A DNA stretch of 64,000 bases from Octopus sinensis (lineage: Eukaryota). The position numbers were made by a program, and so were the translations under genes. Numbering within the stretch: position 1 is the first letter of the stretch; each line of letters starts with the position of its first letter. This document shows, piece after piece, positions 1 through 13,056 of this stretch. A model generated the notes under the pieces. The model was not told the DNA's origin and searched no databases. It was given only the letters and a program-made list of their open reading frames with translations. The stretch covers positions 18,785,360-18,849,359 of the forward strand of contig NC_043019.1 in the NCBI RefSeq assembly GCF_006345805.1. The letters are read 5' to 3'.

Positions 1-105
1 CAACCACTTACACCATGTATTGAGTGCCTTTTTCATGCCACCAGTACTACTGAGGTGGCCATGCAGCTTGCAAGACTAGAAATCTTAATTCGGAAAGAGA
101 GAGAG

Positions 106-171
<66 letters not shown>

Positions 172-1117
172 ACTAAGAGTGAAAACTTTCTTAGCCTTTT
201 CAGAAAGCATAATTGTGAGTTTTAAACACCAAAGTGCTAAAACATAGATTCATAATAAACGAATGGGAAGACGGAAATTCACAGACCTGACAGAAGCATA
301 AAATTCCTTGTGCTTCTCCGGCCACTGCTGTAGGCTTTGACTTGAGTCTTAACAGAAGAAATCAAAGACTATCCTACGCAACTTTCCTCTTTTGTCAAAT
401 TTTTCCTACTTGTAACATAAAACATGTACTTGTTGACTTAGATGAAGGTTTTGAAACAAAGTCAAAATTGATGCTGATCTAGATAAGATATGGAAGAATT
501 GTTATTGTCCCCATCTTCAGTCTTCTCCAGACAAGAGCAGGAAGGACTAGTTTACAATGCATGTTTGCTAGAATGGCACCATCACAAAGTCACTGAAACC
601 AATTCCTGTCAATAATTTCTCCCAAACTTTATCAATATCCTCCCTCACTTTCACCCAACCTCACCTTCCTCCCACTCTCAGTTTCTTCCTCTCTCTCTTC
701 CTCTCCTCCTCTTCCTATCACTATCACATTCTACATTTGCCTTACTCACCTCTCCCTCGTCCTCCTTGCCCTCCCTCTGCCATTAAAACAATACAAACAC
801 ACAGAAACAAACCTCTATTTCCAGAATAAAATGCCATCTTTGTCACTCTGTCTCTTCTTCCTGATTCCGGTCCAGTTGTTTGTTGCTATGGCAACTGCTC
901 CAGTCTTCTGCTTTCTCTTACAATCTTTGCTGTCACTTCAATTGGTAGAGTTGTTACTCCTCTCTAACTGTCCTGCTGCTGTTGTTGTTGGTGGTGGTGG
1001 TCATGGAGGAGGTGCCGGTGGTGATGAAAGTTGTTGGTGTTAATGCTAAGGCTGCACTTGTTGTTGTTACAGTTGTTATTGTTGATGATGCTGTGGTCAA
1101 AGTTGTTGCTGCTGATG

Positions 1118-1335
1118 ACGGTTTTTATTGTTGTTGTTGTTGACAGTTTTTATTGTTGTTGTTGTTGTTGTTGACAGTTTTTATTGTTGTTGTTGTTGAT
1201 GACAGTTTTTATTGTTGTTGTTGACAGTTTTTATTGTTGTTGTTGTTGTTGACAGTTTTTATTGTTGTTGTTGTTGTTGATGACAGTTTTTATTGTTGTT
1301 GTTGTTGTTGTTGATGACAGTTTTTATTGTTGTTG
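1118..1335. repeat. Minisatellite built from (GTT)n: unit GACAGTTTTTATT(GTT)n(GAT), about 8 copies
   Basis: Directly visible tandem units of variable length. Confidence 0.85.
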
Positions 1336-2411
1336 TTGGTGGTGGTGGTGGTGGTGGTGAGACTAATGTTGTTCTTGTTTGTGTTGATTGTGTTGTTGTT
1401 GTTTAGAATGTAGCTTTTCTCAGTTTCAAAAGTTCCCCATTTCCTTGAAAGACAAAATCCAAAATATAGATTATACATAGCATCTATCTTTTAGAAATAG
1501 CACAAAGGGCAAGAATTTGACAGAATCACTGGAAATTGGCAGAAGAAATACCTTGCGGGATTTGTTCTATTCTGAGTTCAAATCCTACCAGGATCAACTT
1601 TGCCTTTCATCTCAGTAAAGGTCAGGGATTGATGAAATTTGATGGGAGTGACCCTCTCCTCAAACTTGCTGTGTGTGTGTAGGTTGAATGCCTGGGAGGG
1701 TGCAAAGAGACACTTTTCGTGCTCTTCCCTCCAGATGTGGCAGCCCAGATGAAATATATCAGTCTTCATACTCATCAGCATAATCAGGGGTGAAGAAGAT
1801 AGTCTAGTGGAGGAAATGCTTTCATGGATGGGTAGGCTGGCACTTTTGGGTCTGCTGTATAAACCTGTACAGAATCAAGGGCCCATGGTTGGGGTGAACT
1901 TAAAAGGCTGCCCTGGACAGCACACACTCTAACTATGCCGCTGTTCACAGGTCTAGCACCATGCTAGTTGCTACATCAACAATATTAACTTAGTTTTTGG
2001 ACTTTATTGCATAATATGCATTGCTATAGCAACCAGTCATCAATTACCCGAAACAGCTGTAAAGATAACAAGTGATTACATCATATAAACTTTATGCACA
2101 ACTCTTCATATATTCTTTATGCCCATTATTGCTTATCTGACTTTTCTGCTTTCATATTTGCTTGATAAAGATTCTACCCCTGATGAAGAATTTACATTGT
2201 AAGTTTGGAATTTCTGTGGTGACAATCTACACAGTGTTTAAACCATTCTTTATATAAATCTACTCCAGTACTTATTTTGGAGTTCAGTACTTTCCTGGTG
2301 GGGTTGTGTCATTTGGTGAACCTGCCCAACATGCTGCACAGTGGGACTGAATCCAACATTACATTGTTGCAAAATTAGCTTTTTTTTCTTATCCACACAG
2401 CCACACCCGCA

Positions 2412-2466
<55 letters not shown>

Positions 2467-2899
2467 AAAGGAGTAGAAAAGAAGAATGAAGAATCTCAGG
2501 TTTCCACAATCACTGTCAGAATATAAAAGTGGAAGATTCACAATCACCCAAATCCTTTTCTGCAACAAAATGGATGCAAATCCAATAAAGGAAACTTAAA
2601 ATGGTTTTTCTTTATTCGATGTGCATCCATTTTATTCTGGAGAATTTTTAGCCGAAAGGCAAGTGCTAATTATTGTCTTGATTAGTGCATACATCATCAT
2701 CATCATCATGGCATGGGTTGGACAGTTCAACAGGAGCTGGCAAGCCAGAGACCTAGACGAGGTTCCAACTGTCTGTTTTGGAATAGTTTCTATGGCTGGA
2801 TGCCCTTCCTAATGCCAACCCTTCCTAATGCTAACCACTTTACAAAGTGTATTGGGTGATTCCAGCTCTTCAGTCAGAAAGTAAAGAGCTGAAAGAAAT

Positions 2900-3180
2900 G
2901 TCATGAAGCATTTTGTTCCATGCAGAAGAGATTCCCTTTCCCAATTCCCACATCACTGCAGCCAATCAACAAATGTTTTAATCCTGTCTCCTTATTTGTA
3001 CATGCAACCAGCAGACGACACGAGTGCCTCAATGAGTCTTTTTGCAAAATTTTAAATTTCCCTCTTCCCTGACTTCCACAATAACGACACCTGCCCCACA
3101 GAAATAAGGACTGCATCAGCACCCTGTCCCCCAAACCAACTTCTACCAAAATATTAGGTAAATTTTTATCCCCCAACTTT
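2900..3180 (-). mobile_element. Possible Tc1-like transposase relic
   Basis: LFLWG...HLL...LFCMEQNAS, weakly resembling MVWG...FQQDNA. Confidence 0.35.
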
Positions 3181-3189
3181 CATTAAACA

Positions 3190-4108
3190 AATAGAATGGT
3201 GTTTCACTACCATGCTTCACGGTAGTGAAACATGGGCTGTGACTGCAGAGGACATGCAAAGGCTTGAAAGAAATGAAGCTTGTATGATTCACTGGATGTG
3301 TAATGTCAGTGTGCACACATGACAGAGTGTAAGCGTCCCGAGAGAAATGCTGGATATAAGAAGCATCAGATGTGGTGTGCAAGAGCGACGTTTGCGCTGG
3401 TATGGTCATGTACTACGGATGGATGAGGAGAGATGTGTGAAGAAGTGCCACTCCCAAACAGTTGAAGGTATCTGTGGGGAGAGGTAAACCCAGGAAGAAA
3501 TGGGATGAGGTGGTCAAAAATGACCTTCGAACATTGGGCCTCACAGAGGCAATGATGAAAGACCGAGACCTCTGGAGATATGCTGTGACTGCAAAGACCC
3601 GGGCTGCTCCCTGCACCAGTTTTGCATAGCCCCAGCCCATCCAAAGTACCTTGGATTGCAGAACGACCTGCTGTGCTTACCTTGGATCATAGAGTGACCT
3701 GCTGTGCTTGGGGAGACCTATTGAGTCAAGTACATCAACATCAAAATAAAAATCAAATGGATATTGTAGTCGTGATACCTGTGCCGATTGCACGTAAAAA
3801 GCACCATCTGAACATGGCCGATGCCAGCGCCACCTTGACTGGCTTCTGTGCCGGTGGCACGTAAAAAGCACCATCCGATCGTGGCCATTGCCAGCCTCCT
3901 ATGGCCTCTGTGCCAGTGGCATGTAAAAAGGACCCACTACACTCATGGAGCGGTTGGCGTTAGGAAGGGCATCCAGCTGTAGAAACACTGCCAGATCAGA
4001 GTGGAGCCTGGTGCAGCCTCCTGGCTTCACAGACCCCCATTGAACCATCCAACCCATGCTAGCATGGAGAACGGACGTTAAACGATGATGATGATGATGA
4101 TGATGATG
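3190..4108 (+). mobile_element. RTE-clade LINE 3' fragment (post-RT region plus 3' UTR, (GAT)n tail)
   Basis: HGSETWAV...RRLRWYGHVLRMDEERCVKKC...GRGKPRKKWDEVV; 3' UTR shared with many SINE-like copies. Confidence 0.85.
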
Positions 4109-4297
4109 AATGAAATAGAGTTTGGGTTTGCATCATTCTGCTTTCTTTACCATTGTGTTGGACAAGTTAGAAATATCTCAAATTGTCTCTAAAAATCGAA
4201 CATGAAAATATTTAACCTTTTTTGCTATTTTTATTGTTGAAATATATTTTCTTTATTTCTTTTAATTTGGAAAGAATGAAAAATTTAGTAAAATGAC

Positions 4298-4668
4298 CAG
4301 TGGCACGTAAAAAGCACCATTTGAGCGTGATTGTTACCTGCATTGCCTTACTGGCACGTGAAAAAAACATTTGAGCGAGGTCGTTGCCAGTGCCACTGGA
4401 CTGGCTCCTGTGCAGGTGGCATGTAAAAAAACACCATTTGAGTGTGGCCGTTGCCAGTACTGCCTGACTGGCCTTCATGCTGGTGGCACATAAAAGCACC
4501 CACTACACTCTTGGAGTGGTTGGCGTTAGGAAGTGCATCCAGTTGTAGAAACTCTGCCAGATCAAGATTGGAGCCTGGTGCAGCCATCTGGTTCACCAGT
4601 CCTCAGTCAAATCGTCCAACCCATGACAGCATGGGAAGCGGACGTTAAACAATGATGATGATGATGAC
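4298..4668 (+). mobile_element. RTE-tail-derived SINE-like copy (representative of more than 12 copies in the window)
   Basis: GGCACGTAAAAAGCACC repeats, GTTGGCGTTAGGAAGGGCATCCAGC, CCAACCCATGCTAGCATGG, (GAT)n tail. Confidence 0.8.
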
Positions 4669-7005
4669 CTCATTATTAATTTGATTTTGCTATGGTTTCT
4701 AGCACATAAAGTGACCACATTGAGGTGTTCTTCATTTCATCTGCAGGTTGCAACTAAGCATGCACAAATGAGCAGATGCGTTTATAAACATCTGGAATGT
4801 TGGGATGGAGGAGGAGGAATGTTGAGATGGAGGAGGAGGAGGAATGTTGGGATGGAGGAGGAGGAGGCATGTGGGGATGGAGGAGGCATGTGGGGAGAAG
4901 AAAGATCAAAAATTTGAAATTTTGAATTCTGATCGTCCAGAATCAGGATCTTTTCTGCTTCTCCTTCAATTTAGTTCCAACTGATTTCAAATTTGGTGTA
5001 TTAATGTAGTCTTGTATGCTAATTATAGAAATGAAATTCATTTTTGTCTTACATTTATAAATAAAAAGTTTTTTGGCTGATTTTAGCCAATTGAAAGCCA
5101 TAGACATATTGGTGCCTGTTTCCATAGTAACAAGCCAAGTTGTTGTGTGGTTTGTTTACCCTTTCATATATGATGGCAACATTGAAAACTGAGGAGGATG
5201 TAGCTGATCGGGCATACCTGTGATCAAAAGAAGCATTCTAATGGTGAATGCCCAACAGACTTAAAGTTACAAAATCTAGTATGTCTTTCCTCATTTTATG
5301 ACATTAGGGTGGTTTTAGGGAGGAGATTTGGCTACCTTTTCCAGCAGTTTGTGTGTTACATGAACTGAATTGTAGTTTATTCTTTTATAAGTCAACATTC
5401 GGGCACCCATGCCGGCGGCACATAAAAAGCACCTTTTGAGCATTGGGACACACAGAGGCAAAGTGGCTAGTGCTGGTGGCACATGAAAAGCTCCTTGCAA
5501 GTGTCGGGCCTCAAAGAGGCAAGGACCAAGACCTTTGGCATTATGTTGTGCTTGAGAAGAAGACCCACCAAGCCAAGCAAAACCGCAGTCGTGGAAGATA
5601 CCAGTGACACACAAATGGCACATAAACACACCCATTACACTCTCAGAGTGGTTGGCATTAGGAAGGGCATCCAGCCATAGAAACAATGCCAAATCAGATT
5701 GGGGTCGGGTGCTTCCAGCTTGCCAGCCCTGGTCAAAGTGTCCAACCCGTACCAGATTGGAAAATGGATGCTAAATGATTGATTCTGGTAATTGTTTGCA
5801 TTTCATGCCTGTTCCAACATTTCACATGACTTCATTTATTAAAACATCCGTCACTGAATGTTTCTTTAAACCTATATAACATTTTTCTAAAAATTTTCTG
5901 GAACAAATGAATAAGAACACAAGATTCAGTATGAAAAAATTACAACAATTTACCAAATTGGAAAAGTTCCAAAAGTAAAGCCAAGCAGAAGAGATTCCAG
6001 GATCATAATCTCTCTATTTTCCCATTTGGATTTAATAGGACACAAAAATGTGAAAAAGTTCAAACAATAATAATGAAGTGTCAGGATGTATATTTTCCAT
6101 TCATCGGAGACACACATATAAAGGACGGGTTTCTGTACAGTTTCCCCTCTACAAGATTCACTCACAAGGCCTTGGTCAGCAACCTTCTTCATCCCACAGC
6201 TGTCTGCAACTATGTGTGCAGGATTCTTTAAGAATGGTTTGTACAGCAGGGGGAGGGGGAAAACATTTGGTTAATGTTTACAATATTACCAGGAAACAAA
6301 ATTTTTAAAAAATAGGGCAACAAATGTAAAAAAAATGCGTAGGAATTGAATCTGAAAAGATGGAGGGAAAGCGTTGGGGAGGGACTTTGCAAAACTCACA
6401 AAATCCGATTTTCCCCACAAATTTCTTTTTAATTGTAATCTATGCTGTTTGAAAGGTAATTATATAAAATTTCATTTAAAAAAACCCATTTTCCTAAAAG
6501 TTATGAGGGAAAAACTCGGATCTTGTGAATTTTCCGAAGCCCCCTCCCCACCCCACCCACACATTTTTGTTTTCATTTTCGTTTTCTACACATTTTGCAC
6601 TATTTTTTTTTTCGTTTCTGGGTAATGTTGTAAACTCTCTCTTTTACTTGTTTCAGTCATTTGACTGTGGTCATGCTGGAGCACCACCTTTAGTCGAGCA
6701 AATCAACCCCAGGACTTATACTTTGTAAGCCTAGTACTTATTATATCGGTCTCTTTTGCCGAACTGCTAAGTTACATTTAAAAACCGTCATATCATTTCC
6801 TGAAAATTTTAAATACTTTCATTTTCGTTTTAGCAACTTTCCAGTTAAAGCTTATCATGCCATCAGTGACTGTGTGACACTGAGTTTGTTCTGCGCAACA
6901 GAGTGGGACAAAAACACGCATTCGTGACTGACATTGTATACTAATACCAAAACACCGTGCAGAGGAAAAACCCAGCACCACTTATCAAACCACCACAGAA
7001 AACAT

Positions 7006-7077
<72 letters not shown>

Positions 7078-7454
7078 GGGGGTGGAGACAGATGAGATGA
7101 GAGAATCTCTATAGAAAACACTTTGTTGTGTTCAAATGATTTGAACTTACACTCCGATGCGTTTACAGAGTCAGCAGAGTAAAGAAGGGGAATCCAAGTG
7201 AGCAGATATGGAGACAATGATTCAAAGACCTTGAGTATTAATGTACAAGATACATGTCCAATTTTCATATCACCTAACTGTCCGGATGTTTTGCGTTGTT
7301 GTCCCATTTGCATTTTTATATATATATATATTAGGTTTGGAGATGATGTACAGGTATTATATATTAGAAGAAATGAGGTACTCAGAAATCTGGATGGTTT
7401 TATATTTACAGATATTTATTAGTATGTTACATGTTTCTGTAAATCATATATCAT

Positions 7455-7495
7455 ATATTAGCGCTTTCGTCCACTCTAGTGGACTCTTCAAATTG
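7455..7495 (-). ncRNA. Type I hammerhead ribozyme motif, C3U variant
   Basis: Minus: TTGAAGA, GTCCACT-ag-AGTGGAC (7-bp stem II), GAAA, GCGC, TA. Palindromic stem III AGCGCT; stem I partly decayed. Confidence 0.6.
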
Positions 7496-7872
7496 AATTA
7501 ACTTTTGCAGGAATTTTGACTCTTTTTATAGTATTATTGAGTGTGTAATGGAGGGGAGAGATATAAGATAGTACAAGAGGGTGAGGAATGGGGAGTAAGA
7601 AGAGAGAACGCGTGTGTGTGCTTTTGTATCTGAAAGAGTTGTTAAAGAAAAAGAAGGAAAGGAAGAAGAAGGAGAGAAAGAAGAAAAAATTTGTTAATAT
7701 CTTTGCAGCTGGTCAGTTTGTCAATAAGCGATTCTTGGCTTTTAGTAATGGCAAATTCAGCTGGTCACTCCAAGGGGGACAAAATGTCACTTTTCAAAAA
7801 ATTGTCTGGATTTCCTTTTTATCAGTGTCTTGTGAGAGAGTGTGTGTGTGTGTGTGTGTATGTGCACGCAAG

Positions 7873-7945
<73 letters not shown>

Positions 7946-7988
7946 AAACTAATATATTTGGTTTTCATCAAACAATATATACATACAT

Positions 7989-8035
<47 letters not shown>

Positions 8036-8283
8036 TTTGGCAGGTAAGGCTATGTAAGTACTACGGAAGGACTGTAGCTAGGCTCCCATTTCAATGCTAG
8101 TATGAGTAAGGAGTCTAATGCAGGTTGTGTGAGAGCATAAAAATGGACAAGAAGCCTTTCTACCCATTCTACATAACACTCACCTGCAACCGTAACATCC
8201 AACATATATTTTTATTCTCTTATTGCCCTCTGTCTCTCCCTTTCCAAAATAACTTCTTATATTGCCACTAACTCTCTCTTATC

Positions 8284-8331
8284 GTCACTGACGAAGGGAT
8301 ATCCCTAATATCCCTGAAACAGCTGTATGAC
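8284..8331 (+). ncRNA. Type I hammerhead ribozyme, intact core
   Basis: GTCA CTGACGA AGGGATAT-cccta-ATATCCCT GAAA CAGCTG TA TGAC. Stem I 4 bp, stem II 8 bp, palindromic stem III ACAGCTGT; predicted cleavage after A8327. Confidence 0.85.
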
Positions 8332-8753
8332 TAGCATTCTCTTTATAAATGCCCTAGAAATTTCACACTGCCTTGGCTTTGTTGTCTCATAAGCTCTGGG
8401 GTCGACTACAAAAAAAACCCAATTAAAGGCGGTGCTCCAGCATGGCCACAGTCAAATGACTGAAACAAGTAAAAGAATATATATATACGACGGGCATCTT
8501 TCAGTTTCTGTCTGTCATATCCATTCACAAGGCTTTAGTCAGCCCAAGTAGAAGATACTTGCCCAAGGTGCCATGCTGTGAGACTGAACCTGAAATCAAT
8601 TGGTTGCGAAGCAAGCTAAGAAGTGACAAAACTTGTAAAAGAGTTGGACGAAACAGACACAAACACACGTAGCTTCATGCAAATATACTTTATTAACTAG
8701 TATATTTGTCACAAATTAGACAGTTAATGACGGGGGCCTGTGCTAATAATTAA

Positions 8754-9011
8754 CCCTTCAACGGCGGACATCATAAATCGATGACTCAAATATTTCACAC
8801 AGATGCGGCCATCGTCACAAGAAAGGCAATATTTTACGGCACTTTTCCATAATGAGATTGTAAATTTTAATGTGCTACGGACTAAAAATTATTAGAAATT
8901 CTATTTTTCTTTAAAGTAGAAATAATTATAAAAATTGCTATTGAGAAAAATAGCTAGCTTTTTTGTTGTCAGTTTGGTACATTCATGCAACTCATTGCCG
9001 CAGTTTAAAGG
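8754..9011. mobile_element. piggyBac-type MITE with TTAA TSD
   Basis: TTAA|CCCTTCAACGGCGG ... CCGCAGTTTAAAGG|TTAA. Confidence 0.6.
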
Positions 9012-9351
9012 TTAACGGTCAACATCGAGGATTCTTAATTGTCAGCGTGGATAAAGAAGCAGCTGGTCATGATTGTCTGAGACTGTAAGTTCTCGATTCT
9101 CACATGTCAGGGAATCAGAAATCCGAAAAAGAAGCACACTCTAAGTTATATATAAATTTAAAATGAGGGTGAGAAATTTAATTAACATCGATTTCACACC
9201 AGTGGTCGAGCAAACGGAAGGTTCAGTAAAATTGTGTTATGTACATATTAGAGGGAAACCAGTATGTGGACACCCTTATGCTAGAAATAGATCCGCTATG
9301 GTCTTACCACTAGGAAATGTTCTCAAGAAGCATAGTGGTTTCCCTCTAATA

Positions 9352-9406
<55 letters not shown>

Positions 9407-9490
9407 GCACACAGAAATATCAAGGAAGAGCGAAATAGAGAGAAGCAATTAGACGAGCAGTAAATAAATATTAAGAAAAGTCAAACTTAC

Positions 9491-9554
9491 CGAAGTTGAA
9501 CAACGAAATAAGAGAATAATGAATTCTGGATAGCGACGCACTTGGCTTTATATA
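9491..9554 (-). promoter_or_regulatory. Candidate Pol II core promoter plus ~30-nt non-coding first exon
   Basis: Minus strand: TATATAAAG (9554-9546), TCATT initiator with A at 9520 (about 32 nt downstream), then CTTCG|GTAAGTTT consensus donor at 9491/9490, all in non-repetitive sequence. Confidence 0.5.
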
Positions 9555-9837
9555 GATGCAGGTCGCTCTCTCTATATATCAACACGTAGTAAATATTGCT
9601 ATGAATGGTGGGATATTTTCTCGGAAGAGAAATATATTTTCACTTTCTGTTTGAGTCAATTGTCACAGAAACACGCACTTGACTCTCTTCCTCCTCCTCC
9701 TCCTTCCTTCACCCTCAACTTTATTTTTTTTTTTTTGCTTCTTCTTCGACCCATTTTTCACTTGTCAAACTTTCTTGTTATTTTCTCTATACATACCTAT
9801 GTGTGCGCTGCTATCCCTCTGTGTGTGTGTGTGTGTG

Positions 9838-10125
9838 TGGAGACGCAATGGCCCAGTGGTTAGGGCAGCAGACTCGCGGTCGTAGGATCGCGGTTTCGAT
9901 TCCCAGACCGGGCGTTGTGAGTGTTTATTGAGCGAAAACACCTAAAGCTCCACGAGGCTCCGGCAGGGGGTGGTGGTGATCCCTGCTGTATTCTTTCGCC
10001 ACAACTTTCTCTCACTCTTTCTTCTGTTGGCCTGCTCGCTTAGCCAGCGGGGTGACATCATTTGAAGGCTAAAACAATGCAAAGCATTGTGACCAGCGAT
10101 CTGATAGCCTGGTCGGTCACGTTGA
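9838..10125 (+). mobile_element. tRNA-derived SINE
   Basis: A box TGGCCCAGTGG, B box GGTTTCGATTCC, non-tRNA body, ends in (TA)n. Confidence 0.75.
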
Positions 10126-10141
10126 TATATATATATATATA

Positions 10142-10525
10142 TATTTATAAAGCTGAAGTTGTCTGTGTGGCAGGTTTGGTAGCCTTCAACAAACACTATC
10201 TCTTCCGAGACCCTGCGGCGCAAGTTGGCCAAATTTGAGAGTACGATAGAAGAAGGCTTGCTCTTCCTTCCGTAAAAGAAAAAATTCAAATCGGACCGTG
10301 TTAACATAAAAAATTATTTTCATCAAAAAGGTGCTTTTTTTCTATAAAAAATCCCCATTTTTTACGATTTTTTGACTGCTGTGTCGCCATTTTTCGGTGT
10401 ATTTCAACCCAAAAAATGTTCACTTAAAGAGAATAACAAGCTGCATAATGCAAAATTTTTACTTTTCAAAAATTCCAATTCTAAAGGGTCGAAACAAACC
10501 CGAGCAACGCCAGGCGATACTGCTA

Positions 10526-10526
<1 letters not shown>
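10142..10526 (+). mobile_element. Non-autonomous Helitron-like element
   Basis: Same 3' end (GCAACGCCAGGCGATACTGCTAG); paralog at 49790-50060. Confidence 0.7.
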
Positions 10527-10562
<36 letters not shown>

Positions 10563-10790
10563 ATTACTTGTTTCAGTCATTTGACTTCAGCTATGCTGGA
10601 TCACCGCCTTTAATCGAATGAATCACCCCAGGACTTATTCTTTGTAAGCCTAGTATTTATTCTATCGGTCTGTTTTGCCGAATCGCTTAGTTACTGGGAC
10701 GTAAACAAGCCAACATCGGATGACAAGCGATAGTTGGGCGACAAACAGAAACACACACACACACACACATATACATACATATATATATAT

Positions 10791-10843
10791 GAGCTTCCTG
10801 ATGATTTCTTTTGAATGAAACAGTTCTAGTCCTGTAGAAGCTC
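10791..10843 (+). ncRNA. Type I hammerhead ribozyme, intact core, stem II closing mismatch
   Basis: GAGCTTC CTGATGA tTTC-tttt-GAAt GAAA CAG-ttctagtc-CTG TA GAAGCTC. 7-bp stem I; predicted cleavage after A10836. Confidence 0.7.
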
Positions 10844-11112
10844 CTTCTATAATATATATATATATATATACTACGGGCTTCTTTCAGTTTCTGTCTATCA
10901 AATCCACCCACAAGGCTTTGGTTTGTTGGACAAGTTGAAGAAACTTGTCCAAGGTGCCGCACAGTGGGACTGAACCCGGTACCTTGAGGTTGGGAAGCGA
11001 GCTTCTTATCACACAACCACGCATCGTCAGTAAACCATAAACTCGAAATAGAAGCCCACTAAATGAGCAGTAGAAAAAGAGGTAGAGATCTTAGAGAAAG
11101 ATAGTTACATCT

Positions 11113-11178
11113 GGTTCATAGGGTCTGACGAAAGCTAAGCGCTTTATGGACGCAAAACCCTGAGTATCCCTATGAACC
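11113..11178 (+). ncRNA. Degenerate hammerhead motif
   Basis: 11-bp stem I GGTTCATAGGG/CCCTATGAACC and CTGACGA are present, but GAAA reads AAAA and stem II is disrupted. Shares CTTTATGGACG..AAACCC.GAGTA with the 44.9-kb motif. Confidence 0.45.
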
Positions 11179-11214
11179 GGCCATAACTCCCTTCCCCTCT
11201 CTCTCTCTCTACAT

Positions 11215-11253
<39 letters not shown>

Positions 11254-11745
11254 GAGATGATGAAACAAAACTCGTGTATTATATTTAGTTATATCTCTTA
11301 TTATAAAAGGCAGATTTTATCTGCCTCCCTTTGGGAGTTATACAAATCTACAATATAGGATTTCTTCAATTACAATTTACCTAGCAGTTTTGAGAGTACA
11401 ATGCATCGCGTCATGCCAGGTCCAGTTTTTAAAATTTAAACTCCAATTAAGCAAAATTTACAGAAAACTCACATTCTGGTGTGTGTGTCAAATGCTTTTC
11501 TTAGTCTGGTTTACACCACACGCAAACGCACACACACAGTGGGCAACGAATAAAATGAAAGTAAATAGCGACAGAGAGATTTGAGGAAGACTAAAGTGAA
11601 AGTATTCTGTCCATGACGCTGATAGATACATGAGTAAAATGTATGGGAAGCTAAGAGTGAGTGAAAATGTTCTTGGAAGAGAGTAATTAGTAATAAAGTA
11701 AACATACACTCATACATACATACATACATACATACATACATACAT

Positions 11746-11824
<79 letters not shown>

Positions 11825-12049
11825 CATACATACATACATATACATACATACATACACACACACACATACACACACACACAGTATTGAAGCTTGAGAACAA
11901 TCAGATACATTTGCAACACATCTGTTGAAAATATTATTGTTCACACACATACATGTACATATATACATACAGACAGATAGACACACACACACATGATCCA
12001 GCATGGCCACAACCTCAAGGCTGAAACATATAAAAGAATAACAGAATAT

Positions 12050-12410
12050 AAATGTGTGCAAAGTACAAGAAATATTAATGCAGTATATGGGGATTGGACA
12101 ATAAGCGTAAGGCAGTGTCAATGGTGGTTCCAGAAATCCCGAGCCATAAACTACAGCCTAGAAGACGAGCCTCATCCTGAAAGATCTGTAGAACTCGACA
12201 AGGACATCCTGAAAACCCTGGTGGAACAAAATATCATCGTAACTGTTGAGGAACTAGCAGAGAAGCTTGGATTTGGTCATTCAACCATTCATTGATACCT
12301 GTGTGCTATCGGAAAAGACAGCAAATTGGGTCAATGGGTTCCTCACGAACTTTCCGAGTCTAATTGCATGCAGAGAGTGAATGTATGCTTTTCTTTGCTG
12401 TCATATCTCA
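12050..12410 (+). mobile_element. Mariner transposase relic (HTH region)
   Basis: INAVYGD..ISVRQCQWWFQK...LEDEPH...TVEELAEKLG...GQWVPHELS. Confidence 0.8.
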
Positions 12411-12430
12411 CCACTACTGCGCTATGTATA

Positions 12431-13056
12431 TCTATATATATAAAACTGTAGTTGTGTGAGTGTCTGTCCCCTTCGATTTAGATTCCTAACTACTCCCACA
12501 TTTTGCGGTACAGTTTAACCAAATTCGGGTAGCTTATAGTCGTGATTCATATCGAGCCCGTCTGAATATTAGCGCGCGTCTACGATGAGTCTACGATTTT
12601 AAAAATAATTTAACATCATTTTTTATTCCATTTTAATGCATAAATTTTCGTGTGTCGATGGCGGCGGAGTTGGCGTCCACGCTCACACCTGCACCTGTGG
12701 GGAAGGGAGTGTAAGGAAATCAACGTCGTAATGCGTTGTCAAGGAGACCAGTGTTCTTTTAGAACAACGACTTCATGGCTTGAAGACACCAAAACAGAAA
12801 TGGCTAAGAAAGCATCTACATGAGTCTACGATTTAAAAAAAAATTTACCATCGTTTTTTTTCCATTTTAATGCATTTTTTCGCTATTATATAAGGGAAGT
12901 AACTCTCTAAAAATGTCTACGATGAGTCAACGATTTAAAAAAAAATTTACCATCATATTTTTTCCATTTTTTGCTATTTTTTGGCTATAACTCTCTAAAA
13001 ATGCTTATATAGTTATTTCCCTTACAAACCCGAGCAACGCCGGGCGATACTGCTAG
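12431..13056 (+). mobile_element. Non-autonomous Helitron-like element
   Basis: 5' TCTATATATATAAAA, 3' GC hairpin CCCGAGCAACGCCGGG then CTAG, inserted between A and T. Confidence 0.75.

Noticed and set aside
930-1100. Mucin-like Ser/Thr-rich minus-strand frame
   Set aside because: About 57 codons bounded by stops with no usable splice sites; product of (GTT)n drift.
2030-2075. GAAACAGCTGTAAAG hammerhead 3' half (also about 18725-18790 on the minus strand)
   Set aside because: No CUGANGA half is present; remnants only, not counted as motifs.
3770-3960. CRISPR-like spaced repeats GGCACGTAAAAAGCACC (also 4300-4510, 39030-39125, 60890-61040)
   Set aside because: Internal repeats of the RTE/SINE 3' UTR. 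Spacers recur between copies, the genome is eukaryotic and there are no cas genes.
9845-9915. tRNA gene
   Set aside because: A/B boxes continue into a SINE body with no acceptor-stem 3' strand or terminator.
11511-12121. Many 60-170 aa ORFs rich in YI/CV/HT repeats (here and across the window)
   Set aside because: Stop-free frames of (TA)n, (CA)n and (TACA)n microsatellites; not genes.
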